A program made the position numbers and the translations under genes. The notes beneath the pieces were generated by a model, which was given only the letters and a program-made list of their open reading frames with translations, searched no databases and was not told the origin of the DNA. Shown one piece after another: positions 30,402 through 40,059 of a stretch of 64,000 nt of DNA. Position 1 is the stretch's first letter; every line of letters starts with the position of its first letter. Source of the DNA: a virus; the IMG/VR virus record IMGVR_UViG_3300042879_004946, positions 44,458 to 108,457 of that record. The stretch is one strand, 5' to 3'.

Positions 30402-32117
30402 TTAAAAATTGATTTCGTATTTAAATAAACCACAATCCCATATCCTGTCATAACCCAAAAGTTTAACCATTTCCCACTCAGTTAATGAATTATCGAATCC
30501 ATATTTTTGTATTATTTTTTTCTTACTCAATCTGAATTTATGGAATCTATCATTAGTATTAGTTCTTTTAAAATAAAAATAACTTTGCTTACTATTACCA
30601 ATATAACTAAAACCTATTTTAGTATATAAATTATCTTGATGTGATAAAGTCCATCTTCTATCGGCGAAACTTATTATTTTTTTAGGGTTATAATCATTTA
30701 TAAATTTTTTCATCATTTTACTACCTAAACCACTTATTTTATATTGTTTACTAGTAGCAAACCTGTTTAATACAAAAACATCACTGCTATTTTTGGCATT
30801 ATTCATTCCTCTGTTATTTGAAAATGACATAACACCTACTAAAACGTCACCATAAAAAGCTCCATAATTGATGGGTGATAAATCCTCTCCTTGTATATGA
30901 TTTTCATTTAAAAAATCACATTTTAAATGGAAATCAATTTTCATAACATTGCATTTTCTGGCACCTATTTTAATACCGTCAGACTTTTTAAGTAGATTTT
31001 TTAATTTTTCTTTTACTATTTCTTTTTTTAATATCCATTCATCGGAAAAAATATGTATTAAACCATATCCAGCAAAATTCATTAATAAAGTTTTATTTAA
31101 ATGATAATTTAAATCTTTATGACCAAAATCTTCAGAGTGCCATAAAACACCATTATATTCTATACCTATTTTTAATTCAGGTATTAAAATATCAATTTCC
31201 ACACCTTTTAAAACAGTTCTATCATTAGTTATAATTTGTAAATCTAAGCTTTTTATGAAATCAATAATTTCTTTTTCTTCCTTTGATGATTTATTAAAAG
31301 TTTTAGTTTGATTAATTATTTTACAATTTTCACTTAAAAAATTTGATATTGTTTTTGAAACTATTTTTGGTGTACCATATAATTCATTATATTTTTTCAT
31401 TGTAATACCATGTTTATTTTTAAGATGAGTATTAGTTATTACACCAAACTTTTCACCACAAATCTCACATATTACATGATTCGATTTATCATTTAAAAAA
31501 TTTAATCTTTTAACTTTTTTTTCGTGTGTTGGGTGGTATACAATGTCTTCAGGGTATTCATTTAGATATTCTTCTAAGGTTTTACTGTGTTCTTTTTTTA
31601 AATGATTTTCATAATAACCACTTTTATTGTTAATATCTATTGTTTCCCATGTACAGTATCTACATTTTCTTGTTGCCACATGTTCTAATGGTATTTCTTT
31701 TAAATCAAAAAATATTTCATGCCAATACTTACCTGTGGTTTTAAATAACATACTTCTTTTATATTGCGAAGGTATTTCTATATCACCTATTATTTGTTTA
31801 ATATGTGTAAATAATACGCCCGATTTATTTGAATAATCATTAAATACCTTACCAGTAGATTTACATATTGCTATTATTTTTTTACCATTTTCTAATAAAT
31901 TTTTATTAACAACATTTTGTGTTATAATGATATCACCGTATTTTTTTTGACCACCTTTTTTATTTATTTCAATACCGTTTGACTTTAGTACGTCACTTAT
32001 TTTTTTATGACCTACTGAAAATATTTTAGCTAACTTATGTGTACTAGAAACATTACCGCTTGTATATAAATTTATTATTTTATTGATCTCTGATTGTGTT
32101 AATTTTTTTATTTTCAT
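30402..32117 (-). CDS. Hef-like free-standing homing endonuclease (HTH, Zn fingers, PD-(D/E)xK-like and GNAT-like C-terminal region)
   Basis: CRYC..HLKKEH, CEIC..HLKNKH, EIDI..GIEYNGVLWHS, IHIFSDEW, ISFADRRW; lies directly downstream of the MCP gene. Confidence 0.7.
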   Translation of the reverse strand: MKIKKLTQSEINKIINLYTSGNVSSTHKLAKIFSVGHKKISDVLKSNGIEINKKGGQKKYGDIIITQNVVNKNLLENGKKIIAICKSTGKVFNDYSNKSGVLFTHIKQIIGDIEIPSQYKRSMLFKTTGKYWHEIFFDLKEIPLEHVATRKCRYCTWETIDINNKSGYYENHLKKEHSKTLEEYLNEYPEDIVYHPTHEKKVKRLNFLNDKSNHVICEICGEKFGVITNTHLKNKHGITMKKYNELYGTPKIVSKTISNFLSENCKIINQTKTFNKSSKEEKEIIDFIKSLDLQIITNDRTVLKGVEIDILIPELKIGIEYNGVLWHSEDFGHKDLNYHLNKTLLMNFAGYGLIHIFSDEWILKKEIVKEKLKNLLKKSDGIKIGARKCNVMKIDFHLKCDFLNENHIQGEDLSPINYGAFYGDVLVGVMSFSNNRGMNNAKNSSDVFVLNRFATSKQYKISGLGSKMMKKFINDYNPKKIISFADRRWTLSHQDNLYTKIGFSYIGNSKQSYFYFKRTNTNDRFHKFRLSKKKIIQKYGFDNSLTEWEMVKLLGYDRIWDCGLFKYEINF

Positions 32118-32120
32118 GAT

Positions 32121-32227
32121 GGATTAAAGTTAAATGGTTTATTAATATAAATATAATAATAACGGATTAAAGTTAAATGGTTTATTAATATAAATATAAT
32201 AATAACGGATTAAATTTAAATGGTTTA
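32121..32227. repeat. 43-bp tandem repeat, ~2.5 copies
   Basis: GGATTAAAGTTAAATGGTTTATTAATATAAATATAATAATAAC at 32121 and 32164, partial at 32207. Confidence 0.9.
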
Positions 32228-32257
32228 ACAAAAAATAAAAAAAATATTTAAGACAAT

Positions 32258-32287
32258 AAAAAAAGGGGGTAAAAACCCCCTTTTTTA
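32258..32287 (-). terminator. Intrinsic terminator after the major capsid gene
   Basis: A7-GGGGG-TAAAAA-CCCCC-T7. Confidence 0.8.
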
Positions 32288-32311
32288 TATAAAATATAAC
32301 TATTTTAATTA

Positions 32312-34084
32312 TTAACGTAATTCTCTAACGTCAAATGTACGTAAACCGTCAACACGAATATGCCCATAAAAGCGGTTATTCACGAACTTTTTCGCATATC
32401 TCGTCATTATCCCCTTTACGGGTACGAAGTTAAACGGGTTATACATTGTTGGTGTCAACTGCATCGGTACGTATGGAGCGTAGATGTAACCAGTGTCTAA
32501 CAATGACTTACCTTTATGACCAATAATGATAGAGTAAGCTGGAGCGTAAGGGTCACGGTAAACTTGGTAACGTCCACCTAATGCACCGATTCTCTCGATA
32601 CCCATGTTATACTGATCTTGCTCAGGAGAAGCGTTAGATACGTGGAAATATTCTAAGTCATCGAATACTGCTGATACCTCAGAAGATACAACGATGAAAT
32701 TAGCACCACCACGAAGGGTTGACTTATGGATTTGAGCTGAGATTTGGTTGATAGCGGTAATCAACGTTTGGTTCCAATCTTTTTGAGTGTAACCATTGTT
32801 GTTAGGTAGACGCTTCCATCCGTTGTAATCCCAACGTAATTGCCATGCTGCACCTTTTCTTAAGTCGATAAGGATTTCACGGTCAATTTCAGCTGCAACT
32901 TGTTCTGACAACAATGCTGTCAATTCAGCTTCAGCATCGATGTTGTGGAATGCACTAACGTCTTGTGCTAATTCAGGTGTCCAAGTAGCTCTCAACTTTC
33001 TTTCAGTCACAGAAACTGTTACAGAATCAAGTTCAAAACTTACTTCAGCAAGTGCTGATTCAGCTTCAAGGTCAGCGTACTGTCTCCAGAACACTAATGT
33101 GTTAGCTCCACCAATTGTAGTACCAGTGTAGTTAGCACCGATGTAACCATCAAAAGTGTTTTCAGAACATGTAATACAAGTTGGAGTTGTTAGATCTAAT
33201 TCGATGTAAAGGTTTCCACTAGGAGAACAAATATCACCGTAGTTAACGATACCTGTACCGTATTTTTGCGTTACCACGCGGAAAGGAATTGAATCGCCAA
33301 CGTTAAAGATTACCCTTCCTGCTGAAGTAGAAATTGTAGCGGTAGCAACAACAGTTAAAGATGCCAAGAAAGCTTCAGTATCCATTTCATTACCATCTGG
33401 GCCAGAAAGACGACCAGGTGTTGTAGTGTTAAATCCTGTTACTTGAAGAACTTGGTAACGTAATGAACCATCAGAAGATGCTGGAGTTTTACCTGCCGCC
33501 CATTCAGAACCTGAAGTACAAGCGGTCAACACATATCCAGTACCTGTAACTGCTTTCAAAGTGATTTGACCTTTTGATTGATCAAACAAACCATCGTTGT
33601 AGAATCTATCGTAAAGATTTTTAGCACAAGATGAGAAAGTAGCTGCAGATGCACAGTTAACACAAGTTGCGATTGGCATTTGAGGGTTACTAGAAGTACC
33701 ACCGTTAGTGTTACTTGCAAAACCACCCGCATCAATTCTGTCAGAAGTTTTAGGTACGAAGTAGAACAATTTACCGATTGGTAGGTTCAAAGCTTGTACA
33801 GATACGATGTCATTCGCTAACAATTTAGAGAATACACGTCTTACGATTGGGAAAACTACAGTTTCGAAAGAACCAGTAGATTGGCCACCAGTAGCTTCAG
33901 TAGTTTCGTTAATAAGAGCGCTAGCACTGTTTTCGTATAGAAGAGCAATGTTCTCTTTAATGTGGCCTTCAAGGCCTTCCAAGAATCCTAAAGATTCCCA
34001 TTTGTTGATAGTTGCTTCACGGACTGCTTTTTGATGTTTAAGCCCGATATTACCAACTTCACCTGATTTTAATAAATATCCCAT
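32312..34084 (-). CDS. Major capsid protein (T4 gp23-like)
   Basis: RKLRATWTPELAQD, DAEAELTALLSEQVAAEIDREI, YAPYVP, GIMTRY. Confidence 0.95.
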   Translation of the reverse strand: MGYLLKSGEVGNIGLKHQKAVREATINKWESLGFLEGLEGHIKENIALLYENSASALINETTEATGGQSTGSFETVVFPIVRRVFSKLLANDIVSVQALNLPIGKLFYFVPKTSDRIDAGGFASNTNGGTSSNPQMPIATCVNCASAATFSSCAKNLYDRFYNDGLFDQSKGQITLKAVTGTGYVLTACTSGSEWAAGKTPASSDGSLRYQVLQVTGFNTTTPGRLSGPDGNEMDTEAFLASLTVVATATISTSAGRVIFNVGDSIPFRVVTQKYGTGIVNYGDICSPSGNLYIELDLTTPTCITCSENTFDGYIGANYTGTTIGGANTLVFWRQYADLEAESALAEVSFELDSVTVSVTERKLRATWTPELAQDVSAFHNIDAEAELTALLSEQVAAEIDREILIDLRKGAAWQLRWDYNGWKRLPNNNGYTQKDWNQTLITAINQISAQIHKSTLRGGANFIVVSSEVSAVFDDLEYFHVSNASPEQDQYNMGIERIGALGGRYQVYRDPYAPAYSIIIGHKGKSLLDTGYIYAPYVPMQLTPTMYNPFNFVPVKGIMTRYAKKFVNNRFYGHIRVDGLRTFDVRELR

Positions 34085-34118
34085 TTTAGTTGTTTTTTGG
34101 ATTTGTTATTTGTTATTA

Positions 34119-35672
34119 TTATTTTTTGTAACCGTATTCCCAAAGTTTTTTCATGTTTTGTAACTCTGGATGTACAAAAACTGTTTGTTCACTAATTTGA
34201 ACTGATCCACTAGAAGCAGTTTTATTAAGTTTTTCCTCAACAGATTCTTTAATTGTAGGTTTTGAATTAGTAAATTCTTTAACAAGTTGTTTATAGATTG
34301 ATTGAGATTCTTTTAAAGATTTTGCCTCATCTAATCTTTTTAAAATTTCTTGTTTTTCCTCTTTTGTTGTACTTTGTTCAGTAAATAATCTAACTGCGTA
34401 AGTAAGATTGCTGTTGAAAACTGCTACTTCTTGAAGTTTATTTCTGAATTGTTTTAATGCGTCAACCATTTTTTCTTGGTTAGCTTTTAATTCTTCATTT
34501 TCACTTCTAAGAGTTGAAACAGATTCACTTAGATTTGTGTTTTCGTTGATGAGTTTGGAGATTTGTGGATTTTTAGATTCACCCATATAAGTTGAATTAC
34601 CCATTCTTGCTATTGCGTTAGGGTTGGTTCTATTACCTACACGATATCTACCTTTTGTAGATTTTGTTCTACTTGCGTAATCTTCATCACTATGCCTCAT
34701 GTAAGAAGACATTTCATCTTCGTTACCTTTTTTACGAGCCGCTATAACATCACCCATAGTAACTTTATTTTTGTCCCCATACATAGAGGCAAGTTCTTGG
34801 TTTGTATTATATTTTTTACGTTTCATATACATTGGCATTGACATTTTACGTTCATTAGAATTCATATCCATATAGTCTTCATCCATATAGTCTTCATCCA
34901 TATAGTCTTCATCCATATAGTCTTCATCCATATAGTCTTCATCCATATAGTCTTCATCCATATAGTCTTCATCCATATAGTCTTCATCCATATAGTCTTC
35001 ATCAACTACAATTTCATATATAACTTGATTGGATTCACTTAAACCTTCTTCCATAGATGACATTTCAACATCACCTACTTCACCGGTTCTAGTATTAAGT
35101 TCAATTCTATACTCAGATCCTGACTTATTATCTTTCAAGGTAACCATACCATTATCGTTAACAACTTCGATTTCATCTTCTGGTCCCATTTTTTTGAAAA
35201 CAGAGATTACATCAGCGTCGGAACTATCTGTAAGGTCGACAGTATCCATTGGTTCCATCATTCCTACATCTTCGGTTTCGTCACCTAAATCAAGGTCCAT
35301 ATCCATATCTTCCATATCTTCATCTTCTTCAGATTCCATGTCTTCCATATCAAGATCCATGTCCATGTCCTCGTCATCACCTTCTTCTGCGCCCATGTCT
35401 AAATCCAAATCCATTTCTTCTTCACCTTCTTCGGTATCCAAATCCATTTCTTCTTCATTGTCATCGTCAGAATCAAGTTCTAAGTCAATTTCCTCCTCTT
35501 CATCTTCCTTCAAACCCTTTTTTGAACCTGTAAGAGATTCCTTTACCATTTCTTCAATTTCTGAACTCATAGTGTGAGCCAGTATTTCTTTTGCGTTTGA
35601 TTTGAAAGCGGCGTCGATTTTTTCTGCCTCTAGAAGAGCTTCTTCAATAATTGATTTTTTTTCGTTTGCCAT
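34119..35672 (-). CDS. Prohead core/scaffold protein (acidic, coiled-coil)
   Basis: Immediately upstream of MCP; very acidic; many (L/I)xE sites. Confidence 0.7.
   Translation of the reverse strand: MANEKKSIIEEALLEAEKIDAAFKSNAKEILAHTMSSEIEEMVKESLTGSKKGLKEDEEEEIDLELDSDDDNEEEMDLDTEEGEEEMDLDLDMGAEEGDDEDMDMDLDMEDMESEEDEDMEDMDMDLDLGDETEDVGMMEPMDTVDLTDSSDADVISVFKKMGPEDEIEVVNDNGMVTLKDNKSGSEYRIELNTRTGEVGDVEMSSMEEGLSESNQVIYEIVVDEDYMDEDYMDEDYMDEDYMDEDYMDEDYMDEDYMDEDYMDEDYMDMNSNERKMSMPMYMKRKKYNTNQELASMYGDKNKVTMGDVIAARKKGNEDEMSSYMRHSDEDYASRTKSTKGRYRVGNRTNPNAIARMGNSTYMGESKNPQISKLINENTNLSESVSTLRSENEELKANQEKMVDALKQFRNKLQEVAVFNSNLTYAVRLFTEQSTTKEEKQEILKRLDEAKSLKESQSIYKQLVKEFTNSKPTIKESVEEKLNKTASSGSVQISEQTVFVHPELQNMKKLWEYGYKK
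34866..35003 (-). repeat. Perfect 15-bp tandem repeat x9 encoding DEDYM
   Basis: ATCCATATAGTCTTC repeated nine times from 34866. Confidence 0.95.
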
Positions 35673-35817
35673 TTCAATTTTTTTTATTATTGTAATTAAT
35701 TATTTCTGGCACAAAAAGTGCCAGATTTACAAATAAATAGTCTCAAAAAATGAAAAAAATTAATAAGTCAATATTTTTTTAATTTTTTTTTAAAAAAATA
35801 TTGTATATTTATTAATA

Positions 35818-36294
35818 ATGAAAGCAATAATTAAAAAAATACTTAGAGAATACGTTGAAAATAATCTTAGAAATGATGATTTTATGCGAAAAATTGATTA
35901 TGCACAAAAAAAAGCAATAATCGATTCCGAATATCCAACAGAGACAAAAGAAATTAAAAAAATAGAAAAAGATATAAAAAATAAAGTAGAAAGGGCCTAC
36001 AAAGATGTAACGGGTGAAGAACCTGAGAGTGTGGATAACATTGTTGTTAAAGTTGATGATACAATGCCACCAGAAAAAATTGGTTCATTTAAACATCCTA
36101 AAAACAAAAAAGACATCGGATTGATGAAAATTCATCCCGATGCCTTAAATGACAAAAACTATGTTAAAGATATTTTAAAACATGAGTTGATACATGCGGC
36201 TCATGGTTTGGAAGATACCACGGCAAGAAACCATGGGGGTGTTTTTCAAAAAGTTGCAGATAAAGTTGGATTGCCCAAAAAATATCGTCACTAG
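35818..36294 (+). CDS. SprT-like zinc metallopeptidase with MKAIIKKILRE leader
   Basis: ILKHELIHAAH..HGGVFQK. Confidence 0.75.
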   Translation: MKAIIKKILREYVENNLRNDDFMRKIDYAQKKAIIDSEYPTETKEIKKIEKDIKNKVERAYKDVTGEEPESVDNIVVKVDDTMPPEKIGSFKHPKNKKDIGLMKIHPDALNDKNYVKDILKHELIHAAHGLEDTTARNHGGVFQKVADKVGLPKKYRH

Positions 36295-36297
36295 ATT

Positions 36298-36531
36298 TTA
36301 TTTCACATCAGTTACTTCAATAACATCTTCAATTGGACTTTTACTGGTACTAACAATTTCATAATCCATAACTGAATCTTTCAAGTAAGTTCTTGCACGT
36401 GCTTCAGCCTCAGTACAAGACATTGCATCTACCAAATATTGGGTTTTAATTTTTTTAGGTTTACCATTATTTTCATTAATGGTTTCGAATTCTACTTTTA
36501 CTAAGTAGTACTTTGTTGTCATTTCATTCAT
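36298..36531 (-). CDS. DUF4494-like protein
   Basis: YLVDAMSCTEAEAR resembles the Bacteroidota DUF4494 family (from recall). Confidence 0.65.
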   Translation of the reverse strand: MNEMTTKYYLVKVEFETINENNGKPKKIKTQYLVDAMSCTEAEARARTYLKDSVMDYEIVSTSKSPIEDVIEVTDVK

Positions 36532-36603
36532 AACTATATTTTTTTTATAAAATAATAATAAAAAAAATAAGTAAATATGTCAACCAATTTGATTTTTTTT
36601 TAT

Positions 36604-36769
36604 GTTGTCAACACCTTTCGTTTATGGGTCATCTCCAGCGCACAAGGCCAGGGGGCTCATCGCCCCTTGCTGTAAACACCTTTCGTTTATGGGTCATTTC
36701 CAGCGGTAAATTATGCCAGACTTATTGGTGTAAGCTGACAATACCTTTCGTTTATGGGTCATTTCCAGC
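36604..36769 (-). CRISPR. CRISPR-like mini-array: 3 repeats of 36 nt, 2 spacers of 29 nt
   Basis: Minus-strand repeats GCTGGARATGACCCATAAACGAAAGGTRTTKWCARC at 36734-36769, 36669-36704 and 36604-36639; spacers TTACACCAATAAGTCTGGCATAATTTACC and AAGGGGCGATGAGCCCCCTGGCCTTGTGC. Confidence 0.8.
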
Positions 36770-37080
36770 ATACGCATACATAAGTCTTTGATTTCTTGTT
36801 CATTAAGACCAAATTCTTGACGTAATTTTAACCAAATTTGACGATAATCAACTAATAAATAAGGTTTTTTTTTATCTCTATCCACACTATCCGCCATTAA
36901 AGTAACCCCACTTTTATCCTTATATAACATCAAACCTGGATAATTTTTTGAAGGAACCACCTTTAAGTTTGACATGATTTCATACAAAAATTCTTCAGCG
37001 GGGGAAAATTCTTTAATTTCCCCCACCCAATCAAAATCATCAAATTCTTCTCTCAATATTTTTCTTATAAGATTTTTCAT
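36694..37080 (-). CDS. Array-fused small protein B (paralog of 27691..28068)
   Basis: Shares FSPAEEFLYEIMSNLK, YKD.SGV.LMAD and VDY..IW.KL; reads through repeat 1 and spacer 1 and stops in repeat 2. Confidence 0.85.
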   Translation of the reverse strand: MKNLIRKILREEFDDFDWVGEIKEFSPAEEFLYEIMSNLKVVPSKNYPGLMLYKDKSGVTLMADSVDRDKKKPYLLVDYRQIWLKLRQEFGLNEQEIKDLCMRMLEMTHKRKVLSAYTNKSGIIYRWK

Positions 37081-37083
37081 ATT

Positions 37084-37623
37084 TTACATATAAGATTTTA
37101 TTTTATCAGAACCATAAATTTTTATTAATTTTTTAATAACTGACGCAGGATTTTTTCTCATATATTCAAGAGCTTGTGGTGGAATGTCTTCACCATATGG
37201 GCCAAAAATTGTTTTTAATTCCGATTCCCTTTGATAAGGTTCAAAACTAGATTTACGATATTTAGTTTCTTTTCTTTCTAGTTCTTTTTTTGGTGTTGCC
37301 TCATTTAATATTTTAACTACCAAGTTTTCAATATCGTTTTCGTTAAGTCTAATTATTTTACTCATTTTATTTTCTTTTAGGTTTTCCATTTTATCTTTTA
37401 AAAGTTTGATACGATTTTGTAATAACATTCTTGTACCATAAGTTGATTTACCACCTGGTGTGGCGTTACCAATCACTTTAATTTGATTTTCTATTTTAGA
37501 AATAGCTTTTTGTAAATCTTCTTTAGTTTTTAAACTTTCAACATAACCATGACTAAAGTCACTTGGTTGTATCCTACTTTTATCACCTATACGTGATGCT
37601 CTAGCCTCGTTAAGTTTTTTCAT
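37084..37623 (-). CDS. Hypothetical head-associated protein
   Basis: Follows the protease gene; internal IIRLNENDIENLVVKILNE is shared with 28186..28605. Confidence 0.65.
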   Translation of the reverse strand: MKKLNEARASRIGDKSRIQPSDFSHGYVESLKTKEDLQKAISKIENQIKVIGNATPGGKSTYGTRMLLQNRIKLLKDKMENLKENKMSKIIRLNENDIENLVVKILNEATPKKELERKETKYRKSSFEPYQRESELKTIFGPYGEDIPPQALEYMRKNPASVIKKLIKIYGSDKIKSYM

Positions 37624-38411
37624 TTTAAAAATTTATTTAAACTGTCAATTATTTTTTGACTTCTATTATTTGTAATGTCTGTAAAAGATACTGTCGTAGG
37701 TTTAATATCTTCCATTAAATTCCATTGGCAAGTATAACCGTTACAACCTTTTAATTGTGATTCAGTAAAAGTTTTTAAATCACCAGAATCGGTTGAAATC
37801 CAAGACCCTGGGGTTGATGGTGAGGTTACAATATCCCAACAGATTAATTCAAAATCATCTTGAACAACGTTTTTACCATCTTCTTGTTTTAAAGAACCAA
37901 CACCGCGAGAAGAGATACCAACAGTCCAACCTTTTCTAACCATATTTACTACTTTATCACCAACAGAACTAATAATACCAAGTTTATGATAACCTGGAGT
38001 GGTGTCAATTTCCATCTCACCCATCAAAGTCCTACCATCCCACCAAGTTTTTGTGATTCTATGTGAAACACGGTCAGCATCGATAACGGAGGCTTCCGGG
38101 TGATTTAATTCACCTAAAGAAGTTCCCATTTTAATATATTCTTGATATCTAATATTTTCTCTTTCTAAAATTTCTTTGGGGTAAATTCTACCGTTTTTGT
38201 TTTCCACGCCCCATTTTTGAAGTACGGCATACATGGTGATCACCTCTGGTAATGAACCGTCTTTACCGATATTAGTACCCGATTTAAATTCTCTAATTAA
38301 ATTTTTATTACTAATTCCTTTATACGATAAATCAAGTGAAGCATAACCTGCATCATATTCTACAAGTATACCTCTCCCTAATTCTCCTGGTTTTATTATT
38401 TTCATAAGCAT
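37620..38411 (-). CDS. Prohead protease (T4 gp21-like)
   Basis: NKNGRIYP, GELNHP, GISSRGVGS, WDIVTSPST. Confidence 0.92.
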   Translation of the reverse strand: MLMKIIKPGELGRGILVEYDAGYASLDLSYKGISNKNLIREFKSGTNIGKDGSLPEVITMYAVLQKWGVENKNGRIYPKEILERENIRYQEYIKMGTSLGELNHPEASVIDADRVSHRITKTWWDGRTLMGEMEIDTTPGYHKLGIISSVGDKVVNMVRKGWTVGISSRGVGSLKQEDGKNVVQDDFELICWDIVTSPSTPGSWISTDSGDLKTFTESQLKGCNGYTCQWNLMEDIKPTTVSFTDITNNRSQKIIDSLNKFLK

Positions 38412-38442
38412 ATTTTTTTAATAAATATACCATAATAATAAA

Positions 38443-38478
38443 AAATAAAACCCCTGAGATATTTCAGGGGTTTTATTT
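38443..38478 (-). terminator. Intrinsic terminator
   Basis: AAATAAAACCCCTGA..TCAGGGGTTTTATTT inverted repeat. Confidence 0.75.
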
Positions 38479-38908
38479 AACTTTTTCTTTTATAAAATTT
38501 AAAATCCTCGTCTTTTTCAAAGACATTATTTATAATTTCCTCTGATATCTTGTTTAATTTTGGTAATAATTTATCAGAATTTATTGGAAGTGGTTCTTTT
38601 TGAAATAATGTCATTTCAACCGACATGTAACTTCTTTTTTTGTGACTAATACCGGAAGATGCCATATTAAAATCAATAATTATTTTAGGATAAAAATGAT
38701 TACTATCCAAAGTCTCGTATAAAAATTTTTTAACTTTTTTAGATTTTTGTTTTATTATAACTTCAAAATTATCTTCATTTTTATTTTTTAATTGACCCCA
38801 AGCAGATATTTGAATATAAATTGATTCTGGGTTCTTATTGTCGACGGTTCCTGATATAACATTGTATTCATACGGTAAGTTAAGTTTAATTTCTTTGCCT
38901 TTTTTCAT
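38477..38908 (-). CDS. Hypothetical protein
   Basis: ORF downstream of glutamine synthetase. Confidence 0.6.
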   Translation of the reverse strand: MKKGKEIKLNLPYEYNVISGTVDNKNPESIYIQISAWGQLKNKNEDNFEVIIKQKSKKVKKFLYETLDSNHFYPKIIIDFNMASSGISHKKRSYMSVEMTLFQKEPLPINSDKLLPKLNKISEEIINNVFEKDEDFKFYKRKS

Positions 38909-38919
38909 TCATTAAATTA

Positions 38920-40059
38920 TTATTCTATAGTTATGCTAACTTTATCAAAAACAGTTTCTATCATTAAGTTAGAAACTTTATAAGGATCACAATTAGCGGC
39001 TGGTCTTCTATCTTCAAAATAACCTTTTTCGTTTGTGTATGTGTGAACTGGAATACGAATGCTTGAACTTCTGTCGGAATTTCCAAAACTAAAAGAGTCC
39101 ATACTAGAGGTTTCGTGTTTGCCAGTTAAACGTTTATCATTAAATTCGCCATAACCTTCAATATGCTCTAAATGTCTTTCTTTTAACTTTTTACAGGCTT
39201 CTAAAATCTTTTTAAGACCACCTTTTTCTCGCATTTCTTTGGTGGAAAAATTAACATGACAACCGCTGCCATTCCAATCACCGTTAACTGGTTTTGGGTG
39301 ATAAGAAATTCCATAACCCCTTTTTTCTGCAACTCTTTCTAAAATATAACGAGAAACCCAGAGTTGATCAGAACCATTAAGTGCAGTCACTGGGCCTATT
39401 TGATATTCCCATTGGCCAATGAGAACTTCAGCATTAATACCACCAATACTTAAACCGATTTCTGCACATTTTTGAAGGTGTTCCTCAACTATCTCGCGAC
39501 CAACAACATTAAGGCCACCAACACCACAATAATAATCACCTTGTGGTCTTGGGTTGCCGTCTTGTGTTGTTTGAAAACCAAGCGGGATACCACCGCCGTA
39601 TTTAAATTTATTTAAAGGATTTACTGCATGTGTGATAACATACTCTTGTTCCCATCCAAACCAAGGAACTTCAGAATGGTTTGCATCAAATTCTTTAAAT
39701 TTAAGATCTGACAATAATTCACGTAATTTAAACCTGGTATTTGTTTTGTGCGGTGTAACACCATCTGGGTTAAATACCTCACAAAAAACTAATTTGTGTT
39801 TTTTACCCCTAAAAGGGTCTTCAACAACATAAACAGGTTTTAAAACGCAGTCAGTACCTTGGAATTCATATTCTTTGGTAGCTGCCTGTTTAGTAGAACT
39901 GCCGTCAAAACTCCAAAGTGGGTACGACTCTGGATAACCTTGTTTTGGATTACCTTTTGACTCCAACGTCTCAATGTCTTCGACAACTTTTGTTTTACTT
40001 CTTAAATTTTGTGGGTTATTCCCATCCAACCAAATGTACTCTAAAAAAACTTTACTCAT
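38920..40059 (-). CDS. glnII: Glutamine synthetase, type II
   Basis: EYIWLDG, WSFDGSST, QGDYYCGVG, GINAEV..GQWEYQ, WNGSGCH, RLTGKHET, EDRRPAANCDPY. Confidence 0.93.
   Translation of the reverse strand: MSKVFLEYIWLDGNNPQNLRSKTKVVEDIETLESKGNPKQGYPESYPLWSFDGSSTKQAATKEYEFQGTDCVLKPVYVVEDPFRGKKHKLVFCEVFNPDGVTPHKTNTRFKLRELLSDLKFKEFDANHSEVPWFGWEQEYVITHAVNPLNKFKYGGGIPLGFQTTQDGNPRPQGDYYCGVGGLNVVGREIVEEHLQKCAEIGLSIGGINAEVLIGQWEYQIGPVTALNGSDQLWVSRYILERVAEKRGYGISYHPKPVNGDWNGSGCHVNFSTKEMREKGGLKKILEACKKLKERHLEHIEGYGEFNDKRLTGKHETSSMDSFSFGNSDRSSSIRIPVHTYTNEKGYFEDRRPAANCDPYKVSNLMIETVFDKVSITIE

Noticed and set aside
32121-32227. CRISPR array
   Set aside because: Head-to-tail repeats with no unique spacers.
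35029-35577. Ser-rich plus-strand ORF (also 41042..41455, 40226..40765, 22919..23305 and similar)
   Set aside because: Antisense shadows of acidic or Gly-rich genes with clear function on the other strand.
27691-37080. Diversity-generating retroelement (TR/VR) explanation for the paralogs and repeats
   Set aside because: There is no reverse transcriptase in the window. Inter-repeat segments are wholly unrelated rather than adenine-specific variants.
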